Below are positions 8,343 through 17,092 of a DNA stretch of 47,787 nt, in pieces. The translations under genes and the position numbers were made by a program. The stretch is taken from positions 1-47,787 of IMG/VR virus record IMGVR_UViG_3300043414_000895, one strand, 5' to 3'. Each line of letters opens with the position of its first letter. Position 1 is the first letter of the stretch. The notes below the pieces were generated by a model. That model made no database searches. It had not been told where the DNA came from and saw only the letters and a program-made list of their open reading frames with translations. This stretch comes from a virus. Its lineage: Duplodnaviria > Caudoviricetes.

Positions 8343-8786
8343 GTGGTTTCCGTGCATTTGAATTGTCCCGTTGAGCCTGTGAATTGTCCCGATTGCCGGG
8401 ACAAAGGGACAGGGACGGACGGCGGGGACACCCCCGGGACAAAGGGGCTAAAGCCCCTTTGTCCCGGGGTAGGTGGCCCGGGACAAATGTCCCGATTGAA
8501 TGTCCCGGGTGGGGACAAGAGAAAAGCGGCGGGGGGTCTCCGGGAGGTGATGCCGCTGACTGCATCCATCGTGGATGAGGCGCGGCGGGTGTGGGGTGAT
8601 GAGGTGGTGAACCGCTGCATTGCCCGCGGCCAGAACCTGCGCCGGGAGCATGCCCGCATCGCCACCGTGCTGGGTCATGCTGAAGCCGACCGCTGGCTGG
8701 TGCGTGAGCAAGGCAAGGGCGCATGGTTCGGTGCGGTCGAGGGCGGCCGGCAGGTGGGCGTGCTGACGGTGGGGGGCGCGGTATGA
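8343..8786 (+). CDS. Hypothetical protein (true start probably later, near 8550)
   Basis: 3' half looks protein-like and its stop overlaps the next ATG; 5' half overlaps the iterons. Confidence 0.5.
   Translation: MVSVHLNCPVEPVNCPDCRDKGTGTDGGDTPGTKGLKPLCPGVGGPGQMSRLNVPGGDKRKAAGGLREVMPLTASIVDEARRVWGDEVVNRCIARGQNLRREHARIATVLGHAEADRWLVREQGKGAWFGAVEGGRQVGVLTVGGAV
8361..8517. repeat. Putative replication origin: GGGACA/TGTCCC iterons and 17-bp inverted repeat
   Basis: 11 copies of the hexamer in both orientations; CCCCGGGACAAAGGGGC-TAAA-GCCCCTTTGTCCCGGGG at 8432-8469. Confidence 0.7.
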
Positions 8787-9337
8787 GGATCGACATCCGC
8801 ACCACCTTCCCCCAGGTGGCCCAGGCCCTGCGCCAGGTGGAAGACGACCTGGCCAGCAAGGTCCTGGCGCGCACGCTCAACGTGGTGGTGGCCCAGGCCA
8901 GCACGCAGATGGGCCGCGAGATCCGCAGCCAGTACAACCTGCCCGCCGACTACGTGCGCCAGCGCCTGCGCGTGCGCCGCGCCTATGCCAAGGGCGGGCA
9001 GTTCACGCTGAGCGCCGAGCTGATCGGCGGGGATGGCAAGAGGCGCAGCGCCAACGTCATCCGCTTCGTCAAGGGCAAGGGGCTTAAGGGCATCAAGGTG
9101 GCGATCAGCAAGGGCAGGGCCAAGCAGATCGTGGGTGCGTTCATCGGCAACAAGGGGCGCACGGTGTTCCAACGCACGACCAGCAAGCGCCTGCCCATCG
9201 AGCCAGTGCGCACCATCGACGTGGGCCAGATGTTCAACGCCGGCCGCATCAACGACCGGGTGGTGGCTGCGATCAACGAGCGCTTCCCGGTGGTGTTCGC
9301 GCGCGAGATGCGCTACGCCTTGTCGAGGCTCAGGTGA
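8783..9337 (+). CDS. Lambda gpZ-like tail completion protein
   Basis: Basic protein with AR.LN..., IR..YNL, AFI and VFQR...RLPIE pattern. Confidence 0.7.
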   Translation: MRIDIRTTFPQVAQALRQVEDDLASKVLARTLNVVVAQASTQMGREIRSQYNLPADYVRQRLRVRRAYAKGGQFTLSAELIGGDGKRRSANVIRFVKGKGLKGIKVAISKGRAKQIVGAFIGNKGRTVFQRTTSKRLPIEPVRTIDVGQMFNAGRINDRVVAAINERFPVVFAREMRYALSRLR

Positions 9338-9602
9338 TGGGCGTCAACGTGCTGCGGCAGTGCTTGCACAGGCGCGCATCGCGGCGCACCAGTTCCCTGC
9401 ACTCTGGGCAGTTCCGCAGCGTGCGTGGGTCGGGCGCCTGCTGGCCGTTGTCGCCCCGACCCAGCGCAACCAACAGCAGCACGGCCAGCAGCGGCGAGAT
9501 GACGCACGCCAGCAAGAACCAACCGAACCCGCTGCGGTTGCGCACCGTGGCGACAACGCCAACCGCCAGCGCAGCCACACCCCAGACCATCAGCCATTCC
9601 AT
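9330..9602 (-). CDS. Membrane protein with C-terminal zinc ribbon (moron)
   Basis: Two TM segments with RNRSGFGWFLL, then CPEC...CKHC; opposite strand to its neighbours. Confidence 0.75.
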   Translation of the reverse strand: MEWLMVWGVAALAVGVVATVRNRSGFGWFLLACVISPLLAVLLLVALGRGDNGQQAPDPRTLRNCPECRELVRRDARLCKHCRSTLTPIT

Positions 9603-9659
9603 GTCGACCCCCTCCCATTGGCGCGAGCCATTCTGCCCCGACCCTGACGAAACCCGCGT

Positions 9660-9712
9660 GGGTCCTCCTGGGGGCTGCCAGGTACGGGTGCGAAACGATT
9701 GCGAAATCGCGC
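9660..9712 (+). other. Lambda-like cos site (cosQ plus cosN-like)
   Basis: GGGTCCT (lambda cosQ sequence) at 9660, then CAGGTACGGGTGCG resembling lambda CAGGTTACGGGGCG; immediately upstream of terS. Confidence 0.6.
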
Positions 9713-9731
9713 TAGTGAATGGTGGGTGGAA

Positions 9732-10247
9732 ATGGTGAACGGTGAAGGTTCCCAGGTGAATGCTCCCTCGCAGGCGGCCATCGGGCGGGCGCTGGGACTG
9801 TCGCCGGCCGCCATCACCAAGCTCAAGGGGCAGGGCATGCCGGTCGACAGCGTGGAGGCCGCCCAGGCGTGGCGGCTGGCGCGGCAGAACATTGCCGCCC
9901 GCAAGCCACTGCCCGCTGATTCGCCGCTGGCTGTGGCGCCGCCGGTGGACCGTGCGCCAGGCCCGCGGGCCGACGATGAAAGCCACGACCAGGCGCGTGC
10001 CCGGCGCGAGCGTGCCGAGGCCGACCTGGCGGAGTTGAAGCTGGCCGAGTTGCGCGGCGAGCTGGTCCGCGCCAGCAACGTGCGCGCCGCCATCGCCCGC
10101 CAGGCCGCTGGGCTGCGTGAGGCGCTGCTGCAGATGCCGTCGCGCCTGGTTCCCATCCTGGCGGCCGACCCCGACCCAGCGCGCATGGACATGGCGCTGC
10201 GCGCCGAGATCGTGGCCGCGCTGCAGCAAATCACCGGCGGCACATGA
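9732..10247 (+). CDS. Terminase small subunit (Nu1-like)
   Basis: N-terminal HTH ending GMP; coiled coil AR.RRE.AEA.LAELKL...RGELV. Confidence 0.85.
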   Translation: MVNGEGSQVNAPSQAAIGRALGLSPAAITKLKGQGMPVDSVEAAQAWRLARQNIAARKPLPADSPLAVAPPVDRAPGPRADDESHDQARARRERAEADLAELKLAELRGELVRASNVRAAIARQAAGLREALLQMPSRLVPILAADPDPARMDMALRAEIVAALQQITGGT

Positions 10248-10549
10248 TGGACCTGCAGAACATCAACGACATCGGCGTGGCCCACTTCACCCGAGCCAAC
10301 AAGAAAGCCAAGCCGCCAGTGCACCTGCCGGCTGGTCCCGGTGTCTATCTGCTGCAGGATGAGCGTGGCGGCATCCTGTACGTGGGTATGAGTTCCGACA
10401 TTGCGCGGCGTGTCAGGCAGCACTGGTATCCGCACAGCGCGGTGTCGTTCTACAGCTGCGATGAGTCTGCCGCCCGCTGGCTGGAAAAGCGCCTGATCGG
10501 CATCCATCACCCCCCGTTCAACACCAAGGGCGTGGGGCGGGCGAGCTGA
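10244..10549 (+). CDS. Small GIY-YIG nuclease
   Basis: GVY...LYVGMS, R...H, E..LI....P.FN. Confidence 0.85.
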   Translation: MMDLQNINDIGVAHFTRANKKAKPPVHLPAGPGVYLLQDERGGILYVGMSSDIARRVRQHWYPHSAVSFYSCDESAARWLEKRLIGIHHPPFNTKGVGRAS

Positions 10550-12702
10550 TGGGCGCGCGTGACTCTGACCTGATGGACGCCGAGGTGTTGGTCGGTGAGG
10601 TGCTGACCGAGTTTCTGGCGCCGCCGCTGCTGCTGACGGTGACCGAGTGGGCCGAGGCCAACCGCGTCCTGTCGGGCAAAGACTCAAGCGAGCCAGGACC
10701 TTACCGCGTGTCGCGCACGCCCTATGCCCGCGAGCCCATGGATTGCCTGGGACAGAACAGCTCGGTGGAGGAGGTTGTTCTGATGTGGGGCGCACAGACC
10801 AGCAAGACGACTATCGGCAGCAACTGGCTGGGCTACCTGATCGACACCAACCCCGGCCCGGTCATGATCGTGCAGCCCACCATCGACATGGCCAAGCGCT
10901 ACAGCCGCCAGCGCGTGGCGCCCATGCTCGATGAAAGCCCCACGCTGCGCCGCAAGGTGCGCGAGAACCGCAGCCGTGACGACGCCAACACCACGCTGCT
11001 GAAGGAATTTGCCGGCGGGTTCCTGGCCGTGGCCGGCGCCAACAGCGCCGCGGGCCTGCGGTCCATGCCGGTGCGTGACCTGTTCCTGGACGAGGTGGAC
11101 GGCTACCCGCTCGATGTCGACGGCGAGGGCGACCCCTGCACGCTGGCCGAGGCGCGGCAGTCCACCTTCAGCCGCCGCAAGCGCCTGCGCACCAGCACGC
11201 CCACCACCAAGGACGCCAGCCGCATTGAAGACAGCTTCAACGCGGCCGACCGCTGCCGCTACCAGGTGCCGTGCCCGCACTGCGGCACCCGCCAGGTGCT
11301 GGAGTGGGGCGCCGACAAGCCCCACGGCGTCAAGTGGGACCGCCTGCCCGATGGCCAGCCCGACCGCGACAGCGTGCGCTACGTGTGCGCCGCCAACGGC
11401 TGCGAGATCCGCGAACACCACAAGGCCACCATGTTGCCGGCCGGCGCCTGGGTGGCCGATGCGCCTGGCGCCCAGGGCGGGCGGGTGCGCAGCTTCCACT
11501 TGTCCAGCCTGTACGCCCCGCTGGGCTGGCTGAGCTGGGCGCAGCTGGCCGATGAATGGCACAAGGCCATCGACAAGGCCCGCACCGGCGACACCAGCCT
11601 GCTGCGCGTGTTCATCAACACCCGGCTGGCCGAGACCTTCCAGGAGCAGGGCGACAAGGCCGACGAGCATGCCCTGCGCCGCCGGGCCGAGGCGTACCCG
11701 CTGCGCACCGTGCCCCACGGCGCGCTGGTGGTCACGGCCGGCGTCGACACCCAGGGCGACCGGCTGGAAGCCTACGCCTGGGCCTGGGGCCGGGGTGAAG
11801 AATCCTGGCTGGTCGACCATGTGGTGCTGTACGGCGACCCCAGCCTGCCCGAGACCGAGCCCGGCAGCCCCTGGGCCGCGCTGACCGACTGGCGCCGGCT
11901 GGCGCTGCAGCACGCCAGCGGCGCGGTCATCACCATCACCGCCACGGCGGTGGACTCAGGCGGCCACCACACCGACATGGTGTACCGCTACGCCAGGCGC
12001 CACGCCGGTGAGCATGTGCTGGCCGTCAAGGGCAGCAGCATGCCGGGCCGCGCCATCATCGCCAAGCCCACGGCCATCGAGTTCAACCACCACGGCAAGA
12101 GAATCCGCAACGGCGGCCAGTTGTGGCTGGTGGGCACCGACACCGCCAAGGGCCTGCTGTACGGGCGCATGCAGGTGCAGGAGGCCGGCCCCGGCTACGT
12201 GCACACCTGCGCCGCGCTGCCCAGCTACGTGTGGGAGCAGCTGACCGCCGAGCGCGTGGTCACCCGCTACATCAAGGGCCACGCCCGGCGTGATTGGGTC
12301 AAGCCCGCCGGCCGGCGCAATGAGGCGCTGGACTGCGCCGTCTACGCCATGGCCGCGGCCTGGCACATCGGCGTGCCGCGCCACACCGACGCCCACTGGC
12401 AGCGGTACGAAAACCGCCTGCGCCAGGCCGATCTGCTGGGGTTGACCCTTGACACGCCAGCAGCGACAATGGATGCCGTCGCGCAATCGGAGGCGGCCGA
12501 CGCTGACGCAGACCAGTCTGCAGACGCACCGGCCACCGCTCGCCAGCAGCAGGGCAACCCACCACCACCGGCAGCCACCCAGGCCCAAGCCGACCCGGCC
12601 ACCCACAAGGCCACGCCCGCCACCCCGCAGCCAGACAGCAGGGCGCAGCCGCGCCCGCCAATGCGCCGGCCCAAGCGGGCCGGATGGGTGACCAAGTGGT
12701 GA
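10549..12702 (+). CDS. Terminase large subunit (gpA family)
   Basis: GAQTSKT Walker A, LFLDEVD, STPT, CPHC, GVDTQ, DSGG and NEALDC motifs; low-complexity C-terminal tail. Confidence 0.96.
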   Translation: MGARDSDLMDAEVLVGEVLTEFLAPPLLLTVTEWAEANRVLSGKDSSEPGPYRVSRTPYAREPMDCLGQNSSVEEVVLMWGAQTSKTTIGSNWLGYLIDTNPGPVMIVQPTIDMAKRYSRQRVAPMLDESPTLRRKVRENRSRDDANTTLLKEFAGGFLAVAGANSAAGLRSMPVRDLFLDEVDGYPLDVDGEGDPCTLAEARQSTFSRRKRLRTSTPTTKDASRIEDSFNAADRCRYQVPCPHCGTRQVLEWGADKPHGVKWDRLPDGQPDRDSVRYVCAANGCEIREHHKATMLPAGAWVADAPGAQGGRVRSFHLSSLYAPLGWLSWAQLADEWHKAIDKARTGDTSLLRVFINTRLAETFQEQGDKADEHALRRRAEAYPLRTVPHGALVVTAGVDTQGDRLEAYAWAWGRGEESWLVDHVVLYGDPSLPETEPGSPWAALTDWRRLALQHASGAVITITATAVDSGGHHTDMVYRYARRHAGEHVLAVKGSSMPGRAIIAKPTAIEFNHHGKRIRNGGQLWLVGTDTAKGLLYGRMQVQEAGPGYVHTCAALPSYVWEQLTAERVVTRYIKGHARRDWVKPAGRRNEALDCAVYAMAAAWHIGVPRHTDAHWQRYENRLRQADLLGLTLDTPAATMDAVAQSEAADADADQSADAPATARQQQGNPPPPAATQAQADPATHKATPATPQPDSRAQPRPPMRRPKRAGWVTKW

Positions 12703-12709
12703 GGTGTGG

Positions 12710-12985
12710 ATGGCTGACGCGCTGGATCGAGTGCTGGAACTGATGCAGCAGGTGGTGCCCGAGCTGACGCCCGAGCGGCGCCAGACCGCCGAGGTGCACC
12801 TGCGCGGCCAGCTGGGCGGCTGCGAGTTCGGCTACGTGGCCAAGCGGCCCGCGCTGGCGCGTGGCGTGCGCATGGGCCAGGCCCTGCAGCAGGGCAGCAG
12901 CATCAGCCAGGCCGTGCAGGCCGAGAAGTGCCACCGCGCCACCGCCTACCGCATCCTGGCCAAGCCCCTGAAGCGGCCCCGTTGA
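12710..12985 (+). CDS. Mor/C-like transcriptional activator (C-terminal HTH)
   Basis: ..LGG...YV.K followed by HTH SISQAVQAEKCHRATAYRIL. Confidence 0.65.
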   Translation: MADALDRVLELMQQVVPELTPERRQTAEVHLRGQLGGCEFGYVAKRPALARGVRMGQALQQGSSISQAVQAEKCHRATAYRILAKPLKRPR

Positions 12986-12989
12986 TCTG

Positions 12990-13036
12990 CTGTCGCAGAT
13001 TTCCCCCTGATGCCAACGCATCGGGCGCGGCAGCAT
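12990..13036 (+). promoter_or_regulatory. Putative late promoter, copy 1
   Basis: CTGTCGCAGATTTCCCCCTGAT, 20/22 identical to 19093-19114; -10-like CAGCAT at 13031. Confidence 0.65.
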
Positions 13037-13076
13037 GCCAGCCAGACCGGCCCCACTGCACTGAAAGACCCGCACC

Positions 13077-14516
13077 ATGACCATGCGCATCACGATGATC
13101 CAGGCCCGACTGGGTGAATCCGGCAGTGTGCTGGCTGCTGGGACCACAAACACCGTGTCCGACGCCTTCGGCGCGGCCATGGTGGGCGCCGGCTACGCCA
13201 CCGACACCGACCGCGCGCTGATGCCGCCGGTGTCGGAGTACACGCCGGCCACGGCTGCGGCGGTTCAAGCCTTGGTGTCAGGGGCTGGGACTTGGGAATA
13301 CAGCGCCGCGAGCTACTCAAAGGGGCCACTGCGGGCTGTCGTGGAGGACTTCTCGACGCTGGCCGACTGGACGGTCACCAACACCGCCAACTGCTTCATC
13401 ACTGCCGCAGCGCCCAGCCCGCTGTACCCGTACCGGGGCGGTTTGCGCTGCACATCCCCCGGCACCGTCACCGAATCCCCCTTCTGCTACAAAGAGTGGG
13501 GAGGCAACGGCACGCTCAACGGCTATGACTTCAATTCCACAACCGGGTGGTGGATCGTGGCAGATGTCCGCAACCCCAAAGCCGGCGGCGGGTCGATCAA
13601 TCTGAACCTGGGCATCTTTGAAAATGCCTTCGGCTCTGGTGCTGGCTACAACGTCACCGCCATTGGCCCGGCGCTGTCCGTGAGCGTGCAGCCGCGCTGG
13701 CTCCCGAAATCCCAGTGGGCTGTGCTGACCACAGGCGCCTGGACAAACCGCATGCGGTCGGTGCGACTGCGCCACGATGGCACCACGCCTGACGCACGCG
13801 ATGTGGTGCTGGCCGGGATGTTTGTCGGGGGCAAGCGGCCGACTGTGGTTGTCACGTTTGACGATGGCTGGACCGAGAGTTACAGCGCCGGGCATGTCGA
13901 GGCGCGGCGCAGGAACATCCCACTGTCGCATTACGTCATCCCGAGTTTGTTTGGGGTCACCAATTACGTCACGGCGGCGCAGGTGGCTGAGATGCGAGAC
14001 GCAGGCGACTACATCGGCTTGCACGGCCTGTCCCGTTGGGACACCGACACATCACTGGTCGCAAGCGACATCGCGGCGTGTCGCGCTGCCGGTGTCGATG
14101 TGCGGCACGCGGCGATCCCCGAGGGGCAGTACGGCAACGCTGCGCAGTGGCAAGCCATGCGGGCGGCGTTTGTTGCAGGGGGCGTGAAAACGGCCCGCAT
14201 CACTGGCGCGGCTGCAACTGTGGCGCAGTGGAACATGACGTTGCACGGCATCGGTGACCCCTACGCACTGGCTGCGTGCGGCGGCATCAACAACACCAAC
14301 GGATCAGCACTGACGGAAGCCAAGGCCAGCGTTGACATGGCAATTTCCAGCGGCGGCACGGTGTTCTTCTACTTCCACCGCATCGGCGCCACCAGCGACA
14401 TCCTGTATTGGAACCTGGGCGATTACGAGCAACTGCTGGACTACATCTACGAGAAGCGGCTGGCTGGGCAACTGGATGCTGTCACTGTCGATCAGTGGTA
14501 CCGCCAGGCGTACTGA
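13077..14516 (+). CDS. Polysaccharide deacetylase (NodB/CE4) domain protein with beta-rich N-terminal region
   Basis: VVVTFDDGW, IGLH, AIPEG and FYFH motifs in the C-terminal half. Confidence 0.8.
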   Translation: MTMRITMIQARLGESGSVLAAGTTNTVSDAFGAAMVGAGYATDTDRALMPPVSEYTPATAAAVQALVSGAGTWEYSAASYSKGPLRAVVEDFSTLADWTVTNTANCFITAAAPSPLYPYRGGLRCTSPGTVTESPFCYKEWGGNGTLNGYDFNSTTGWWIVADVRNPKAGGGSINLNLGIFENAFGSGAGYNVTAIGPALSVSVQPRWLPKSQWAVLTTGAWTNRMRSVRLRHDGTTPDARDVVLAGMFVGGKRPTVVVTFDDGWTESYSAGHVEARRRNIPLSHYVIPSLFGVTNYVTAAQVAEMRDAGDYIGLHGLSRWDTDTSLVASDIAACRAAGVDVRHAAIPEGQYGNAAQWQAMRAAFVAGGVKTARITGAAATVAQWNMTLHGIGDPYALAACGGINNTNGSALTEAKASVDMAISSGGTVFFYFHRIGATSDILYWNLGDYEQLLDYIYEKRLAGQLDAVTVDQWYRQAY

Positions 14517-14537
14517 TCCCATCCCCTGCCGGTGCCC

Positions 14538-15086
14538 ATGACAACCCTGCCCCCCACCCTCCGCGCCGGTGACACGCTGACGGCCACCTGGTCGCTGCCT
14601 GACTACCCGGCCGCGGCCGGCTGGGCGGTGCGGCTCACGCTGATCAACAGCGGCGCCCGCTACCAGGCCACGGCCAGCGGCAGCGGCACCGACTACACGC
14701 TGACGGTGCCGGCCGCCACCACCGCCGCCTGGGTGGCCGGCAGCTACAACTGGTCAGTCGACGCTACGCTGGCCGGCGCCCGCACCACGCTGGCCACCGG
14801 CGCCGTGCAGGTGCTGCCCGACCTGGCCGCCGCCACCACGCTGGACACCCGCAGCAACTACCGCAAGGCGCTGGAAGCGGCCGAGGCCGCGCTGGCCACC
14901 CACGGCGCCCGCGCTTACCTGCAGGGCATCGAGATGGGCGACCGCAAGCAGACGTTCACCAGCCCTGGCGACTTCCTGGCTTTCATCAGCCGCCTGCGCG
15001 CCGAGGTGTCGCGTGAAGACGCTGCCGACCGCCTGCGCCAGGGCCTGCAGCCCCGCAACAAGCTCCTGGTGCGCTTCGTGCGCTGA
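14538..15086 (+). CDS. Head completion / gpW-like protein
   Basis: Directly before the portal; P..LRAGDT..W N-terminus and gpW-like C-terminus. Confidence 0.65.
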   Translation: MTTLPPTLRAGDTLTATWSLPDYPAAAGWAVRLTLINSGARYQATASGSGTDYTLTVPAATTAAWVAGSYNWSVDATLAGARTTLATGAVQVLPDLAAATTLDTRSNYRKALEAAEAALATHGARAYLQGIEMGDRKQTFTSPGDFLAFISRLRAEVSREDAADRLRQGLQPRNKLLVRFVR

Positions 15087-15094
15087 GGCACCGC

Positions 15095-16654
15095 ATGCAG
15101 CAACCCACCAACGCACCCAAGCGCGCCGGCCTGGCAGGCACGATGCAGCGCATCGGCCGGGCGCTGGCCGGCTGGGCAGGCGCCGCGCCTGCGCCGGCCG
15201 CCCGCCCGCAGCGGCGCAGCTACGCCGCCGCCCAGGTCAACCGGCTGACCGAGGGATGGTCGACCACCAGCCTGTCGGCCAATGCCGACATCCACGCCAG
15301 CCTGGACAACCTGCGCGCCCGCAGCCGCCAGCTGTTCCGTGACGACCCCTACGCCAAGAAGTTCGGCAACCTGGTGGCCACCAACGTGGTCGGCGCGGCC
15401 GGCTTCCAGTTGCAGGCCCGCTGCTATGACCCCAGCGGCACGCCCGACACCCTGGCCAATGCCGCCATCGAGGCCGCCCACGCCGACTGGTGCGAGGTGG
15501 CCGACGCCGCCGGCCGCAGCACCTTTGCCGGCATCTGCCGAACCGCCGAGCTGACCGTGGCGCGGGATGGCGAATGCCTGATCCGCTTCGTGCGCGGCGC
15601 CGACAGCGGCAACCGCTTCGGCCTGTCGCTGCAGCTGCTCGATGTCGACCGCATCGACACCGCGCTCAACCGCCCGGCCGAGCTGGGCTACGGCCAGATC
15701 CGCATGGGCGTGGAGGTGTCAGCCTTCGGCCGCCCGCTGGCCCTGTGGCTGAAGAACCGCCACCCGGGCGAGGTGTACCAGGCCGCCGGTGACCTGCGCG
15801 GCAGCACCCACGTGCGCGTGCCGGCCGAGGACCTGGTGCACTACTTCGTGGCCGACCGGCCCGAGCAGTTCCGCGGCGTGCCGTGGATGCATGCGGCCAT
15901 GCTGCGGCTCAACAACCTGGGCGGCTATGAAGAGGCCGCCATCGTGGCCAGCCGCGTGGGCGCCAGCAAGATGGGGTTCTTCACCGGCCCCGATGGCGCC
16001 GACCTGTCGACCCTGGCCGACAGCGACAGCGCAGGCGACGGCAGCGGCGAGCTGTACACCGAGGCCGAGGCGGGCAGCTTCGGCAGCCTGCCGCCTGGCA
16101 CCACCTTCACGCCCTTCAACCCCGACTACCCGGCGGCCATGTTCGGTGAGTTTTGCAAGGCCAACTTGCGCGGCATCGCCAGCGGCCTGGGCGTGGCCTA
16201 CCACGCGCTGGCCAACGACCTGGAGGGCGTCAGCTTCTCCAGCATCCGCAGCGGCACGCTGGAAGAGCGCGACCAGTGGATGATGCTCCAGCAGTCGTTC
16301 ATCGACGGCGTGCTGCGCCCCATCTACCGCGAGTGGATCGGCAGCGCGCTGGCCTTCGGCCAGATCACCCTGCCCAACGGCAGCACCCTGCCGCTGGCCA
16401 AGCGCGACAAGTTCGCCAAGCACCTGTGGCAGGGCCGCCGGTGGGAGTGGGTGGACCCGCTGCGCGACATCGAGGCCGACATTGCCGCCATCGGCGCCGA
16501 GCTGCAGAGCCCGCAGCGCGTGGCCGCCAAGCTGGGCCGCGACTATGAAGACCTGCTGGAAGAGCTGAAGCAGGCCGAGCAGGCCCGCCAGCGCGCTGGC
16601 CTGGCGCCCAGGCCGCCCAAGCCAGGCGCGCCGCCGCCATCGCCGACCGCTTGA
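15095..16654 (+). CDS. Portal protein, lambda family
   Basis: LRARSRQL, DGEC, RGVPW, SFSSIRSG and WEWVDPLRD motifs. Confidence 0.95.
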   Translation: MQQPTNAPKRAGLAGTMQRIGRALAGWAGAAPAPAARPQRRSYAAAQVNRLTEGWSTTSLSANADIHASLDNLRARSRQLFRDDPYAKKFGNLVATNVVGAAGFQLQARCYDPSGTPDTLANAAIEAAHADWCEVADAAGRSTFAGICRTAELTVARDGECLIRFVRGADSGNRFGLSLQLLDVDRIDTALNRPAELGYGQIRMGVEVSAFGRPLALWLKNRHPGEVYQAAGDLRGSTHVRVPAEDLVHYFVADRPEQFRGVPWMHAAMLRLNNLGGYEEAAIVASRVGASKMGFFTGPDGADLSTLADSDSAGDGSGELYTEAEAGSFGSLPPGTTFTPFNPDYPAAMFGEFCKANLRGIASGLGVAYHALANDLEGVSFSSIRSGTLEERDQWMMLQQSFIDGVLRPIYREWIGSALAFGQITLPNGSTLPLAKRDKFAKHLWQGRRWEWVDPLRDIEADIAAIGAELQSPQRVAAKLGRDYEDLLEELKQAEQARQRAGLAPRPPKPGAPPPSPTA

Positions 16655-16677
16655 CACCAACACACTGACGCACCGCC

Positions 16678-17082
16678 ATGGCCATCCAACTCAGCACCAC
16701 CCTGCGCAACAACATGATCGGCCAGTACGAGTCGACCGTGGGCACCGCGCCAAAACTGCAGATCCGCACCGGCTCGCAACCGGCCACCTGCGCCACGGCC
16801 GACAGCGGCACGCTGCTGTGTGAGTTGACGCTGCCAAGCGACTGGATGGGCGCGGCGTCAAGCGGCGCCATTGCCCTGGCCGGCAGCTGGTCGGGCACCG
16901 GCGCCGCGGCTGGCACTGCGGCGCATTACCGGCTAAAGGACAGCGCAGGCAGTACCTGCCACGAGCAGGGAAGCGTGACTGCGACCGGCGGCGGCGGAGA
17001 CCTGACGCTGGACAACACCATCATCGCCGTCAGTCAGGCCGTCAGCGTCACCAGCTGGACGCGCACGCAAGGCGGGGCGTGA
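16678..17082 (+). CDS. Virion structural protein, beta-rich
   Basis: 134-aa S/T/G-rich ORF between portal and capsid. Confidence 0.7.
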   Translation: MAIQLSTTLRNNMIGQYESTVGTAPKLQIRTGSQPATCATADSGTLLCELTLPSDWMGAASSGAIALAGSWSGTGAAAGTAAHYRLKDSAGSTCHEQGSVTATGGGGDLTLDNTIIAVSQAVSVTSWTRTQGGA

Positions 17083-17092
17083 GGGCGCGGCC

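Noticed and set aside
8361-8517. Possible CRISPR or mini-array
   Set aside because: Repeats are 6 bp, in both orientations and irregularly spaced; an origin fits better.
6142-8937. 931-aa minus-strand ORF and other long antisense ORFs (e.g. 668-2383, 19347-21116, 26633-29032)
   Set aside because: Shadow frames of well-supported genes in high-GC DNA; no recognisable motifs.
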